Assembly (NCBI RefSeq): GCF_018389705.1
Contig: NZ_CP065581.1
Location: 270,001 to 302,000 of the forward strand
Source: Mycoplasma mycoides subsp. capri
Lineage (GTDB): Bacteria > Bacillota_I > Bacilli_A > Mycoplasmatales > Mycoplasmataceae
DNA: 32,000 bases
Reading direction: 5' to 3'
Position numbers and translations under genes: made by a program. Below, in pieces: positions 10,191-21,054 of the stretch (position 1 is the first letter of the stretch; each line of letters opens with the position of its first letter). The notes beneath the pieces are model-generated. The model worked only from the letters and a program-made list of their open reading frames with translations. It had not been told where the DNA came from and searched no databases.

Positions 10191-10955
10191 ATGACTGAAG
10201 AAATGAATGTAGTAGAAACATCATCAGAAATGAATTCTAATGTTGAAAAAGCTTCTACTCAAGTAAAAGAAACTAAAAAATTTGAAAGAAGAACTAGACC
10301 TCAATCTAAATCTAAACAAGTAAAAGACGAATTTGAAGAAAAAGTTGTAACAATTAGACGTGTTACAAAAGTAACTAAAGGTGGACGTCATTTTAGATTT
10401 GCAGCAGTTGTTGTTGTTGGAAATAAAAAAGGTTTAGTTGGAATGGGAACTGGAAAAGCAAACGAAGTTCCTGAAGCAATTAAAAAAGCAATTAAAGAAG
10501 CTAAGAAAAACTTAGTAAGTGTTACTTTAAGAAACACAACAGTTCCTCATGAAGTTTTAGGTACTTTTGGAGCAGGTAAGATTTTAATTAAACCTGCTAA
10601 AGTTGGTACTGGAATTATTGCTGGAGGACCAGCTCGTGCTGTTATTGAATTAGCAGGAATTTCAGATGTTTATGCTAAATCATTAGGAAGCAATAATGCA
10701 ATCAATATGATTAGAGCAACTTTTGAAGGACTAAGTTCTATGCAAACTTTAAAAAGAGTTCAAGAACTAAGATATGGTAAAACTTTTGATACTCAAAAAG
10801 TAAAACCAGTTGAACAAAAAGTTGCTGAAATTAAAAGTGTTGAAAAAAAACAACCTAAACAAGCTGTTAAAAAAGTAGCTGTTAAAAAAGCTGAAAATCA
10901 AGAAAATACAGTTGAAGTTATTACAAATGCTGAAGCTGAAAGTAAAGCTGAATAA
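10191..10955 (+). CDS. rpsE: 30S ribosomal protein S5 with N- and C-terminal extensions
   Basis: 254 aa; core [56 protein letters not shown]...; flanked by extra low-complexity tails. Confidence 0.97.
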   Translation: MTEEMNVVETSSEMNSNVEKASTQVKETKKFERRTRPQSKSKQVKDEFEEKVVTIRRVTKVTKGGRHFRFAAVVVVGNKKGLVGMGTGKANEVPEAIKKAIKEAKKNLVSVTLRNTTVPHEVLGTFGAGKILIKPAKVGTGIIAGGPARAVIELAGISDVYAKSLGSNNAINMIRATFEGLSSMQTLKRVQELRYGKTFDTQKVKPVEQKVAEIKSVEKKQPKQAVKKVAVKKAENQENTVEVITNAEAESKAE

Positions 10956-10973
10956 TAGAAAGGAGTCATAATA

Positions 10974-11411
10974 ATGAAATTAAATGAATTAAAATACACA
11001 CCAGGTAGCAAAACTAAAGCTACTATAGTGGGTAGAGGTATGGCTTCTGGAAAAGGAAAAACAGCTACTAGAGGACATAAAGGGCAAAACTCTAGATCAG
11101 GTGGAGGAGTTCGTCCTGGATTTGAAGGTGGTCAAACACCACTATTTAGAAGACTTCCAAAAGTTGGATTTACTTCATTAAACCAAAAACAATACACTAT
11201 TTTAAATTTAAGTGATTTAGAAACTTTAGGTTTAGAAAAAATTGATCACGAAAGCTTAATTAATAGTAAAATTATTAAAAATAATGCATCATTAATTAAG
11301 ATACTAGCTAATGGTACATTAACTAAAAAAGTTGATGTAAAAGTAAACAAGATCTCAAAAGCAGCTAAAGATGCAATTGAGAAATTGGGAGGAAAAGTAG
11401 AGGTGATTTAA
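10974..11411 (+). CDS. rplO: 50S ribosomal protein L15
   Basis: 145 aa, [16 protein letters not shown]...[46 protein letters not shown]. Confidence 0.97.
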   Translation: MKLNELKYTPGSKTKATIVGRGMASGKGKTATRGHKGQNSRSGGGVRPGFEGGQTPLFRRLPKVGFTSLNQKQYTILNLSDLETLGLEKIDHESLINSKIIKNNASLIKILANGTLTKKVDVKVNKISKAAKDAIEKLGGKVEVI

Positions 11412-12859
11412 TGGTTATTAAAAAACCAGCTAATAAAGTTGATAAAAAAACTACTTTTAAATCATCTACAAAAAAGAAAAATCTTTTTAAATCAAATTTT
11501 TTTACAAAAAATAAAGATTTGATTTTAAGAATTCTTTTTACATTATTAGCACTTATTATTATTAGACTTGGTGTTTATATAACTGTTCCTGGTGTAACAT
11601 TAGATAAAAGATTTGCAACAGATTCAAGTAGAATTCAATTCTTTCAGCTACTTTCAACTTTAGGTGGAGGAAGTATTGGTCGATTTTCAATACTAGCTTT
11701 AGGAGTTTCTCCATATATTACTGCTTCAATTATTGTGCAACTTTTATCAACTGATGTTATTCCTGTTTTAACAAGATGGTCAAAATCTGGTGAAAGAGGA
11801 AGAAAAAAGCTTGATAAACTAACAAAAATTATCATGATTCCGTTTGCTTTAATGCAAGCAGAAGCTACGATATTTACTTTATCAAGTCAAGGACTAATTG
11901 TTCCTGGTTGAGATAGTACTAATGTAATAGCAAATTCGGCATTTTATTATGTTTTAATTCCTTTAGTAATGTTAGGTGGTTCATTTTTTATGTTATGAAT
12001 TGCTGATCAAATTACCATTAAAGGAATTGGTAATGGGATTTCAATAGTAATTTTTATAGGAATTATTATTTCAATGCCAACTAACTTAAAAGCAACATTT
12101 GAATATTGAGTATCAAATTCTGGTGAAGAAGCTAATATCTTTTTTTCAGGATTATTAAACTTTATGATATATATTAGTGTATTTTTACTAGTAATATTAT
12201 CAGTTGTAATTATGAATGAAGCTGAAAGAAAAATTCCAATCCAACAAACTGGGTCAGGATTAACTGATTCAAGTGAACACACTCCGTATTTACCATTAAA
12301 ACTCAATAATGCGGGAGTTATTCCAGTGATCTTTGCATCAGCTATTATTTCAACTCCAATAACAATTTCTCAAATTATAGAAGCTGTTAACCCTGATAGT
12401 GGATTTGTAATATTTACAAGAGATTATTTATCATTTAATACTTGATGAGGAATTTCAATATTTGGAATTTTAATTGTTTTATTTACATTTTTATATTCTC
12501 AAGTACAAATCAATCCTGAAAAAGTTGCAGAAAACTTTCAAAAGTCTGGAACATTTATCCCAGGTATTAAACCAGGAAAAGATACTACAAAATATCTAAC
12601 AGGAATCATTAATAGACTATCAGTTGTTGGATCAGTATTTTTAGCAATAATTGCCTTATTGCCTTATGTGATTTCAAAATTAACTCAATTACCATCAAAT
12701 CTTGCAATTGGAGGTACTGGATTAATTATTTGTATTTCAGTTGCTATTCAAACTGTTCAACAATTAAAAGGAAGAATTATTCAACAAAACTTCATTGAAA
12801 AGAAAAAAGAAAAATTCACTAATAATACTAATAAGAATAAAACATCTCATATTTGATAA
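11411..12859 (+). CDS. secY: Preprotein translocase subunit SecY
   Basis: 482 aa with TGA=Trp; IQFFQLLSTLGGGSIGRFSILALGVSPYITASIIVQLL, MNEAERKIPIQQTGSG, PVIFASAI; track splits it at TGA codons. Confidence 0.96.
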
Positions 12860-12882
12860 AAAAGGCAATATGCCTTTTTTAT
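12859..12882 (+). terminator. Intrinsic terminator after secY
   Basis: AAAAAAGGCA-ATA-TGCCTTTTTT immediately after the secY stop. Confidence 0.85.
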
Positions 12883-12986
12883 TTGTATTAATTAATTGAA
12901 ACTTAACTATTTTATTTGGTTATGTTATTTAGAATATAGATTGTTATAAAATACATTTATAGTGCTATAAAAAAGGAACTTTATTT

Positions 12987-13628
12987 ATGAATATTATGCT
13001 ATTAGGAGCACCTGGTTGTGGAAAAGGAACACAAGCAGAACAACTTGTAAATAAATTAAATTTTATTCAAGTATCAACTGGTGATTTAATGAGAAAAGAG
13101 ATTTCATTAAACACTAGCTTAGGTTTAAAGTGTCAAGAATATATGAATGCTGGTAAATATGTTCCAGATCAAATTGTTAATCAAATTGTTAGTCAGTTTT
13201 TAAAAAATACTAATGATAAATTAATATTTGACGGATATCCAAGAACTTTAGAACAAGCTAAATCATTAGAACAAATGTTAGATTTATATAATAAAAAAAT
13301 TGATTATGTTTTTTATATTGATATAAATGATCAAATTTTAATTAAAAGAATTACAAACAGATTAGTTTGTCCATTATGTAAGGCTAGTTTTAATTTAGAA
13401 ACTAGAAAACCAAAACAAGAAGGTCTTTGTGATTTTGATAATACTAAATTAGTTAAAAGAAGTGATGATAGTTTAGATAAAGTTCAAATAAGACTACAAA
13501 CTTATAAAGAACAAACTTTACCTTTAATTGATTATTTTAAAACTAATTCTAAATTTATTGAAATTAAAGCAGATGATTTATCAGCTGAACAAGTTTTTAA
13601 TCAAATCAAAGGAGAATTAAAAATTTAA
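12987..13628 (+). CDS. adk: Adenylate kinase
   Basis: 213 aa; P-loop MLLGAPGCGKGTQAEQL, FDGYPRTLEQA, zinc-type lid CPLCKASFN...CDFD. Confidence 0.97.
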   Translation: MNIMLLGAPGCGKGTQAEQLVNKLNFIQVSTGDLMRKEISLNTSLGLKCQEYMNAGKYVPDQIVNQIVSQFLKNTNDKLIFDGYPRTLEQAKSLEQMLDLYNKKIDYVFYIDINDQILIKRITNRLVCPLCKASFNLETRKPKQEGLCDFDNTKLVKRSDDSLDKVQIRLQTYKEQTLPLIDYFKTNSKFIEIKADDLSAEQVFNQIKGELKI

Positions 13629-14383
13629 TGATAACAATTAAAAACCAAGAACAAATTCAAAAAATGAAAATAGCAGGTCAAGTGTTAGCAAAAGGCTTGA
13701 ATTTATTAAAATCAATGATCAAGCCCGGTGTTAATTGTTTAGATCTAGATAAAGCTTTTGAAGAATTTATTAAACAAAATGGATGTGAATCTAATTTTAA
13801 AAATTATCAAGGATTTCCAAAAACTATTTGCATTTCAATTAATGATCAACTAATTCATGGAATACCAAAAAACCGAATTTTACAAAACGGAGATATTGTA
13901 AGTATTGATGCTGGATGTATGTATCAAAAATGACATGCAGATAGTGCTTTTACTATGGTCTGTGGAATTGCAAATGATAAAAAAAATGATATACTTATAA
14001 GGGTCACTGAAAAAGCTCTTGATCTTGCTATTGCTGAACTAAAACCAGGAATAAGAGTAGGAACAATTGGTTCAATTATTCAAAATTATGTTGAATCACA
14101 TAATTTTAGTGTTCCAAGAGATTATACTGGTCATGGAATTGGTTTAGCTTTACATGAAGATCCATATATTCCAAATTATGGAATACCAAACACTGGAGTT
14201 AGATTGCAAGAAAATATGGTTATTTGTATTGAACCAATGGTTCAAATGGGAACTTATAAAACTAAACTTGCAGATGATAACTGAACAGTATATTCAGCTG
14301 ATCATAGTATGACAGCACATTTTGAACATACTATTTTAATTACAAAAGATGGTTGTGAAGTGCTGACAAAAGAAGAAAGATAG
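13628..14383 (+). CDS. map: Methionine aminopeptidase type I
   Basis: 251 aa with TGA=Trp; GFPKTICISINDQLIHGIPKNRILQNGDIVSIDAG, YTGHGIGLALHEDPYIPNYG, VICIEPMV. Confidence 0.96.
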
Positions 14384-14394
14384 GTGCATTATAG

Positions 14395-14619
14395 ATGGCT
14401 AAAGAAACAGAAATGGAATTCGAAGGCACTGTTGTTGAAGTATTACCTAATGCCCAATTTAAAGTGAAATTAGAAAATGGAGTAGTTATTAATGCCCACG
14501 TGTCAGGTAAAATCCGCATGCATTACATCCGCATTTTACCTGGAGATAAAGTAACTATTGTAATTTCACCATATGATATGACACGTGGAAGAATTACTTA
14601 TAGAAAAATTGGTAAGTAA
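14395..14619 (+). CDS. infA: Translation initiation factor IF-1
   Basis: 74 aa, [23 protein letters not shown]...[21 protein letters not shown]. Confidence 0.97.
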   Translation: MAKETEMEFEGTVVEVLPNAQFKVKLENGVVINAHVSGKIRMHYIRILPGDKVTIVISPYDMTRGRITYRKIGK

Positions 14620-14625
14620 TTATTT

Positions 14626-14665
14626 AAAACAATTTAAATCATTTAAATGATTATTGTTTTATTTT
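14626..14665 (+). promoter_or_regulatory. Terminator/attenuator-like hairpin between infA and rpmJ
   Basis: AAAACAAT (14626-14633) pairs with ATTGTTTT (14653-14660); inner AATCAT/ATGATT extends the stem; followed by ATTTT. No GC-rich core. Confidence 0.45.
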
Positions 14666-14687
14666 AAAAAATACGGAGGATTTAAAG

Positions 14688-14801
14688 ATGAAAGTTAGAT
14701 CATCAGTCAAGCAAATTTGTGACAAATGCCGTGTAATTAGACGTAAAGGCCGTGTAATGATCATTTGTGTTACTCCAAAACACAAACAAAGACAAGGATA
14801 A
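14688..14801 (+). CDS. rpmJ: 50S ribosomal protein L36
   Basis: 37 aa: [37 protein letters not shown]; SD GGAGGA. Confidence 0.97.
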
Positions 14802-14837
14802 TTGTTTAATTAATAATTAGAAAGGATACCCTAAAAT

Positions 14838-15203
14838 ATGGCTCGTATTAGTGGAGTAGAAATCCCAAATAATAAAAGAGTTGTTGTTTCTTTAACATAT
14901 ATTTATGGAATAGGGCTACCAACTGCTCAAAGTGTTTTAAAAACTTTAAACATTTCTGAAGATATTAGAGTAAAAGATTTAACAGAAGAACAAATTAAAA
15001 ATATCTCTATGGAAATTTCAAAATACAAAACTGAAGGTGAATTACGTAGAGAAGTATCATTAAACATTAAACGTTTAATGGAAATTGGAAGTTACAGAGG
15101 ACTAAGACACCGTAAAGGTTTACCTGTTAGAGGACAATCATCAAAAACTAACGCAAGAACTGTTAAAGGTCCAAGAAAAACTGTAGCTAATAAGAAAAAA
15201 TAG
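14838..15203 (+). CDS. rpsM: 30S ribosomal protein S13
   Basis: 121 aa, [26 protein letters not shown]...[23 protein letters not shown]-like C-terminus. Confidence 0.97.
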   Translation: MARISGVEIPNNKRVVVSLTYIYGIGLPTAQSVLKTLNISEDIRVKDLTEEQIKNISMEISKYKTEGELRREVSLNIKRLMEIGSYRGLRHRKGLPVRGQSSKTNARTVKGPRKTVANKKK

Positions 15204-15228
15204 AAAGTAGAAAGAAAGGAAAATAATC

Positions 15229-15618
15229 ATGGCAAATCCAAAACCACAAGCTAAGAAAAAAATTAAGAAAAATATTCCTAAAGGTATTGCACATATTCAT
15301 TCTACTTTTAACAACACAATTGTTACAGTTAGTGATGAAAAAGGAAACGTTCTTTCTTGATCTAGTGCGGGAGCAATAGGATTTAAAGGTTCTAAAAAAT
15401 CTACACCTTATGCAGCTCAATTAATTTCAGAAGCAGCAGCTAAAGGTGCTATGGATAACGGTGTTAAAACTGTATCTGTTGAAGTTAAAGGACCTGGTCC
15501 AGGACGTGATGCCGCAATTAGAGCATTACAAATGGCTGGTTTAGAAATTACATCAATTAAAGACACTACACCAATCCCACATAACGGAGTGCGTCCAAGA
15601 AAACGCCCAAGAGGTTAA
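15229..15618 (+). CDS. rpsK: 30S ribosomal protein S11
   Basis: 129 aa with TGA=Trp; [46 protein letters not shown], ends KKRPRG. Confidence 0.97.
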
Positions 15619-15621
15619 TTT

Positions 15622-16575
15622 ATGAAACAATTTGTGAGACCAGAATTTATTCTTTTAAAAGAAGGACAAGATAAAAACTACGGAAAATTTAGTGTATCAC
15701 CTCTAGAAAGAGGATTTGGTATAACTTTAGGTAATGCGATTAGAAGAACTTTATTAGCAGCAACTCCCGGAGCAAGTGTTTATGCGATAAAAATTGCTGG
15801 GGCAACTCATGAATTTACTTCAATTCCAGGAATTATTGAAAACGTAACAAAAATTATTTTAAATATTAAGCAATTAGTTTTAAAAATTGACACTTCTATG
15901 TATGGTGATGATGAAGTTGTACAATTAAGAATTCGTTCAGATATTCAAGGACCTGTTTATGCTGGTGATTTAGATATACCAGCTGGTGTAGAAATTTTAA
16001 ATAAAGATTTATTAATAGCAACTATTAGTGAAGGTGGAGTTTTAGACTTAGTATTATATGCTAAAAACTCACGCGGATATAAAACATTTAAAGATAATAA
16101 AAACGAAAAAAATATTGAACCAGGAATGATCACTATTGATTCAAACTATTCTCCAATTATAAAAGTTGCATATAGTGTTGATTCAGCAAAAATCGGAAGA
16201 GCTATAGATCTTGAAAAATTAGAATTAGAAGTTACAACTGATGGTTCAATTACTGCAATTGATGCAATTAGTATTGCTTCAAGAATTTTAGTTGCTCATT
16301 TAGAATTCTTTATTGATTTAAATCGTGAAATCAGTGTATTAGAAGTTATTGGAACTAATCAAACTGATGATAAAGAATTAGATAGAACTGTTGAAGAATT
16401 AGACTTTACACAAAGAAGTTTAAATTGCTTAAAACGTGCTGGAATAAATACATTAAGAGAATTAGTTTCTAAAAATGAAGATGAAATTGGATCAATTAGA
16501 AACTTAGGACGTAAATCATTAAAAGAAATTAAAGATAAAGTTGCTTCATTAGGATTAGCATTCAGACAATCATAA
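15622..16575 (+). CDS. rpoA: DNA-directed RNA polymerase subunit alpha
   Basis: 317 aa; FSVSPLERGFGITLGNAIRRTLL, C-terminal SLNCLKRAGINTLRELVSKNEDEIGSIRNLGRKSLKEIKDK. Confidence 0.98.
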   Translation: MKQFVRPEFILLKEGQDKNYGKFSVSPLERGFGITLGNAIRRTLLAATPGASVYAIKIAGATHEFTSIPGIIENVTKIILNIKQLVLKIDTSMYGDDEVVQLRIRSDIQGPVYAGDLDIPAGVEILNKDLLIATISEGGVLDLVLYAKNSRGYKTFKDNKNEKNIEPGMITIDSNYSPIIKVAYSVDSAKIGRAIDLEKLELEVTTDGSITAIDAISIASRILVAHLEFFIDLNREISVLEVIGTNQTDDKELDRTVEELDFTQRSLNCLKRAGINTLRELVSKNEDEIGSIRNLGRKSLKEIKDKVASLGLAFRQS

Positions 16576-16594
16576 TTATAGGAGGTAAAAACTT

Positions 16595-16954
16595 ATGTCA
16601 TACATTCAAAAACGTGGCCAAAATACCGCTTGAAGAACTGCTTTAATGCGTAATTTAACTACTGAATTAATCATTAATGAAAGTTTAGAAGTTACTCAAA
16701 CAAGAGCAAAAGAATTAAGAAGACATTTTGATCATATGATTACATTAGCTAAACGCGGTGACTTACATTCAAGACGTCAAGCTGCTAGTTGATTAAGAGA
16801 TATTGATGCTGATAAAAAAGAAACAGCATTACAAAAATTGTTCAATAAATTAGCTAAAAAATATGAAAATCGAAATGGTGGTTACACAAGTATTTTAAAA
16901 TTAGACAACCGTAAAGGTGATAACGCACCTATGGTTATTATTAAATTAATCTAG
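16595..16954 (+). CDS. rplQ: 50S ribosomal protein L17
   Basis: 119 aa with TGA=Trp; [69 protein letters not shown]. Confidence 0.96.
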
Positions 16955-16963
16955 TCTCAAATT

Positions 16964-16989
16964 ATAAGGTCTTTGTACCTTATTTTTTT
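16964..16989 (+). terminator. Intrinsic terminator after rplQ
   Basis: ATAAGGT-CTTTGT-ACCTTAT followed by a T-rich tract. Confidence 0.8.
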
Positions 16990-17061
16990 ATTTCTATTAT
17001 TTTTTTAGATACTTTTTAATTTATAATTATTATAATGAACAAATAGAAGCGGGGCTTTTAA

Positions 17062-18288
17062 ATGGATAATTCAGCAATATTTGAAGAATTCAATTCTAAA
17101 AAAATATCTCAAGATGATCTAGAAGCAACTATTACTTCTCTTAATAATTATTTTGTTAAATTAAACGATTTAAATAACCAATATATTAATTTAATTCGCC
17201 AAGATAATATTGATAAAATTGAAAAACAAAATATTAGACAACAACAAAAACAAGTTAAAGCTGAAATTAAAAAAATATCAGCAACTACTAAACTTTTTAA
17301 GCAAAATTTAAAACTTGCTGAAAGTTTGTATAAAAAAATAAAATTAACTAATAATCAGAATGACATTAACAAAGCAAAACATGAAGTTGAAATTGCTAAA
17401 AGTATGTTATTACAATTAAAAGAAGTAATTAATGGCCAAGGAAAAAGTATTAAGTTGAAAAAACTTTCAGATATTGCTATTGAAATTAATCATTTATCTT
17501 TTAAATATGGTCCTGAATTTCCTAATGCAATAGATGATGTTTCATTTACTATTAATCAAGGTGAATATGTAACTATTATTGGTCATAATGGTTCTGGAAA
17601 ATCAACTATTTCTAAAATTTTAATTGGGGTTTTAAATGCTCAACATGGTGAAATTAAAATCTTTGGAAATATTGTAAATGATCATAACATTGAACAAGCT
17701 AGAAAATTTTTAGGAATCGTATTTCAAAATCCTGATAACCAATTTATTGGTTCAACTGTTGAAGCTGATATTGCTTTTGGATTAGAAAATAAAAGAATTG
17801 ATCCTAAAAAAATGCCAGATATTATTTTAGATTCAGCAAAAAAAGTTGGTATAGAGTGAGCTTTAAAAAAAGAACCATTGAACTTAAGTGGTGGTCAAAA
17901 ACAAAGAGTAGCAATCGCTTCAACTTTAGCTTTAGATCCAGATATTATGATTTTTGATGAAGCAACTAGTATGTTAGATCCAAAAGGAAAAAGAGAAATT
18001 AAAGAAATTATGGTTCAGTTAAGAGAAACTAGAACTAAAACTATTTTGTCAATTACTCATGATATGGATGAAATTTTAAATGCTGATAAAGTAATTGTTT
18101 TAGATCATGGAAAACTAGTTAGAGTTGCAAAACCACTAGAAATAGTTGAAGATAAAGATTTTTTAAGAAATATTCAACTAGATGTTCCATTTGTTGGATT
18201 AGTTAGAGAAGAATTAGAAAAAAAAGGGATTAAAATAGCAAGTACACAAAATATAGATGAATTGGTTGAACAAATATGCAAAAAGTAA
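17062..18288 (+). CDS. ecfA1: Energy-coupling factor transporter ATP-binding protein EcfA1 with ~150-aa N-terminal extension
   Basis: 408 aa in one frame across a TGA=Trp (17857-17859); Walker [11 protein letters not shown], signature [10 protein letters not shown], Walker [13 protein letters not shown]; N-terminal ~150 aa helical/charged. Followed by ecfA2-ecfT. Confidence 0.93.
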
Positions 18289-19187
18289 ATAAAAAAACAA
18301 ATCAAAATTTAAAAGATATTGATTTTTCAAAAGATATTATTCTAGATAATGTTTCATATACATATGCTAAAAAGACCCCTTTTGAATTTAAAGCTTTAAA
18401 TAATACTAGTCTAACATTTAAAAAAAATAAAGTAACTTGTGTAATTGGAACAACAGGTTCAGGTAAATCAACAATGATCCAATTAACAAATGGATTAATT
18501 ATTTCTGAAACTGGTCAAACTATAGTTGGTGATTATGCTATTCCTGCAAACACTAAAAAAATTAAAGAAGTTAAGCGTTTAAGAAAAGAAATCGGCTTAG
18601 TTTTTCAATTTCCTGAATATCAATTATTTCAAGAAACTATTGAAAAAGATATTGCTTTTGGTCCTGTTAATTTAGGTGAAAACAAACAAGAAGCTTATAA
18701 TAAAGTTCCAGAACTTTTAAAACTAGTTCAATTACCTGAAGATTATGTTAAACGTTCTCCTTTTGAATTATCTGGTGGTCAAAAAAGACGTGTGGCTTTA
18801 GCTGGAATTATTGCTATGGATGGTAATACTCTTGTTTTAGATGAACCAACTGGAGGATTAGATCCTAAAGGTGAAGAAGATTTTATTAATTTATTTGAAA
18901 GATTAAATAAAGAATATAAAAAACGTATTATTATGGTTACTCATAATATGGATCAAGTACTAAGAATTGCTGATGAAGTAATTGTTATGCATGAAGGAAA
19001 AGTAATTGCAATTGGATCACCATTTGAAATTTTTTCAAATATGGAGTTATTAACAAAAATTGAAATTGATCCACCAAAACTTTATCAATTAATGTATAAG
19101 TTAAAAAATAAAGGTATTGACTTATTAAATAAAAAGATCAGAACCATTGAAGATTTTGCTGAAGAACTAGCTAAAGTCTTAAAATAG
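18276..19187 (+). CDS. ecfA2: Energy-coupling factor transporter ATP-binding protein EcfA2
   Basis: 303 aa; [43 protein letters not shown]; overlaps the ecfA1 3' end by 13 nt. Confidence 0.93.
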   Translation: MQKVNKKTNQNLKDIDFSKDIILDNVSYTYAKKTPFEFKALNNTSLTFKKNKVTCVIGTTGSGKSTMIQLTNGLIISETGQTIVGDYAIPANTKKIKEVKRLRKEIGLVFQFPEYQLFQETIEKDIAFGPVNLGENKQEAYNKVPELLKLVQLPEDYVKRSPFELSGGQKRRVALAGIIAMDGNTLVLDEPTGGLDPKGEEDFINLFERLNKEYKKRIIMVTHNMDQVLRIADEVIVMHEGKVIAIGSPFEIFSNMELLTKIEIDPPKLYQLMYKLKNKGIDLLNKKIRTIEDFAEELAKVLK

Positions 19188-19200
19188 AAAGGATAAAAAT

Positions 19201-20211
19201 ATGAGAATTTCTTTTGGTAGATATATTCCTAAAAATTCATTGATTCATAAAATGGATCCAAGATTAAAACTATTTATGATTATGGTTTTAATTGTTTCTG
19301 TATTTTTTCCTATTGGTTTAACTGGTTATTTAATTATTAGTGGAATTATTATTGGTCTTTTTGCTTTAAGTCAATTAAGTTTTAAAATGTTAGTAAGACT
19401 ATTAGTTCCTGTTACTTTTATTTTTGCTATTATTGTTTTAATGAATTTCTTTTTTATTCATCCTTCAAGTAATGCTGTTGGTCAAATTTCAAGTTGAGTA
19501 GAAAATAATCCTAATAAAATTTTTTGAACTAAGTCTAATGGAACAATTGTTGGTCAATTAGATGTTGATGCTGTTAGTCAAATTACTAGCTCACTTGGAA
19601 AAGAAATAAAAAATTTACAACCAATTGGATACTTTTTTAATTGAAAAGTATTTTGATTTAGTGAAAAAGCTTTATATAGTGCTTTAGTAATGGGAATGAG
19701 AATTTATTTAATGATTACTTTAACTTGTATTTTAACAGGAAGCACTCCTTCATTACAACTTACTTTAGCTATAGAAGATTTATTATCTCCACTAAGATTA
19801 ATAAAAGCTCCAGTATATATACTTTCAATGATTATTTCTATTGCTTTACGTATGATTCCAACTTTAATCGATGAAGCTGGAAGAATTATGAAAGCTCAAG
19901 CAAGTAGAGGAATTGATATTAAAAACGGAAAATTTAAAGATAAAGTTAAAAGTTTAACTTCATTAATTATTCCTTTATTAGTTTCATCATTTCAAAAAGC
20001 TGAAGATCTAGCTTATGCAATGGATGCTAGAGGATATGATCCAAATGCTACAAGAACTAGATTTGTTCAATTTAAATTCAGAATCATTGATGCTATTATA
20101 TTTGTTTTAGGTATTAGTTTTGCTATCTTTATGATGGTATATGGTTCAAACCCACATGGAATATTTACTAATTGACATATTAGTCATATTGATTCACTAG
20201 TAGCATATTAA
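19201..20211 (+). CDS. ecfT: Energy-coupling factor transporter transmembrane protein EcfT
   Basis: 336 aa in one frame with TGA=Trp; HKMDPRLKLFM near N-terminus and MDARGYDPNATRTRFVQFKF near C-terminus. Confidence 0.93.
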
Positions 20212-20213
20212 AA

Positions 20214-20969
20214 ATGAAAACCGGTATTTTATTAAGTTTGTGTTATGATGGTAGTAATTATCATGGTTGAATTAATCAAACTAATGCAATAAGTATTCAA
20301 ACTACTTTAAATAAAGCTATTAAAAAAGTTATTAAAACTGATCAATTTAAAACAATTGGAGCTAGTAAAACTGATACTAATGTTCATGCTTTAGATCAAA
20401 AAGTTTTATTAATTATTTACTTTACTCCAATTTTAGAAAAATTTATTAAAGCTATTAATAAAGCTTTACCTAGTGATATTAAGATTTTAGATGCTAAATT
20501 TGTTGATCCAAATTTTAATATAAGAGAAGTTGAATATAAAATTTATCACTATTATATTAATGACCATCAATTTGATATTTTTACTAATCGGTATGAATAT
20601 TTTTGAAAACATCAAAAAATCGATATTATAAAACTACAAGAAATTTTTAATCTTTTTATTGGTGAACATGAGTTTAAACTATTTTCTGGGTTAAAAGAAA
20701 ATGAGTGAAATCAATATCAAACAAAAAGAACTATTGATGATATTAAAGTTTTAAGAATCAATAATAAAGTAGTAATTGAATTTAAAGCATCTGGTTTTAT
20801 TAGATATCAAATTAGAATTATTATTGCAAATTGTTTAAATGCTTATTTAAATCATAAAATTTCAACTACTAAGTTAGTTGAAATGTTAAAAGGAATTGGA
20901 AAAAAAACTCCTTTTATAATTGATGCTAAAGGTTTAGTATTACAAAAAATTCAATTTAATAAAAATTAA
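20214..20969 (+). CDS. truA: tRNA pseudouridine(38-40) synthase TruA
   Basis: 251 aa with TGA=Trp; MKTGILLSLCYDGSNYHGWINQ, ASKTDTNVHALDQ (active-site region), SGFIRYQIRIIIANCL; classic position downstream of ecfT. Confidence 0.9.
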
Positions 20970-21054
20970 ATCACCTGATTTGTTATTGTTACAAAAATGG
21001 TGTTTTTTTACTATATTGATATAATAAAAAAGAACGGTTATTAGAATAAAAGAA

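Noticed and set aside
12007-12306. 99-aa minus-strand ORF antisense to secY
   Set aside because: Hydrophobic only because it mirrors a TM-coding region; secY continues through in frame.
20970-21015. CACC...GGTG-TTTTTT downstream of truA as an intrinsic terminator
   Set aside because: Only 4 bp of clean pairing across a loop longer than 20 nt; too weak to call.
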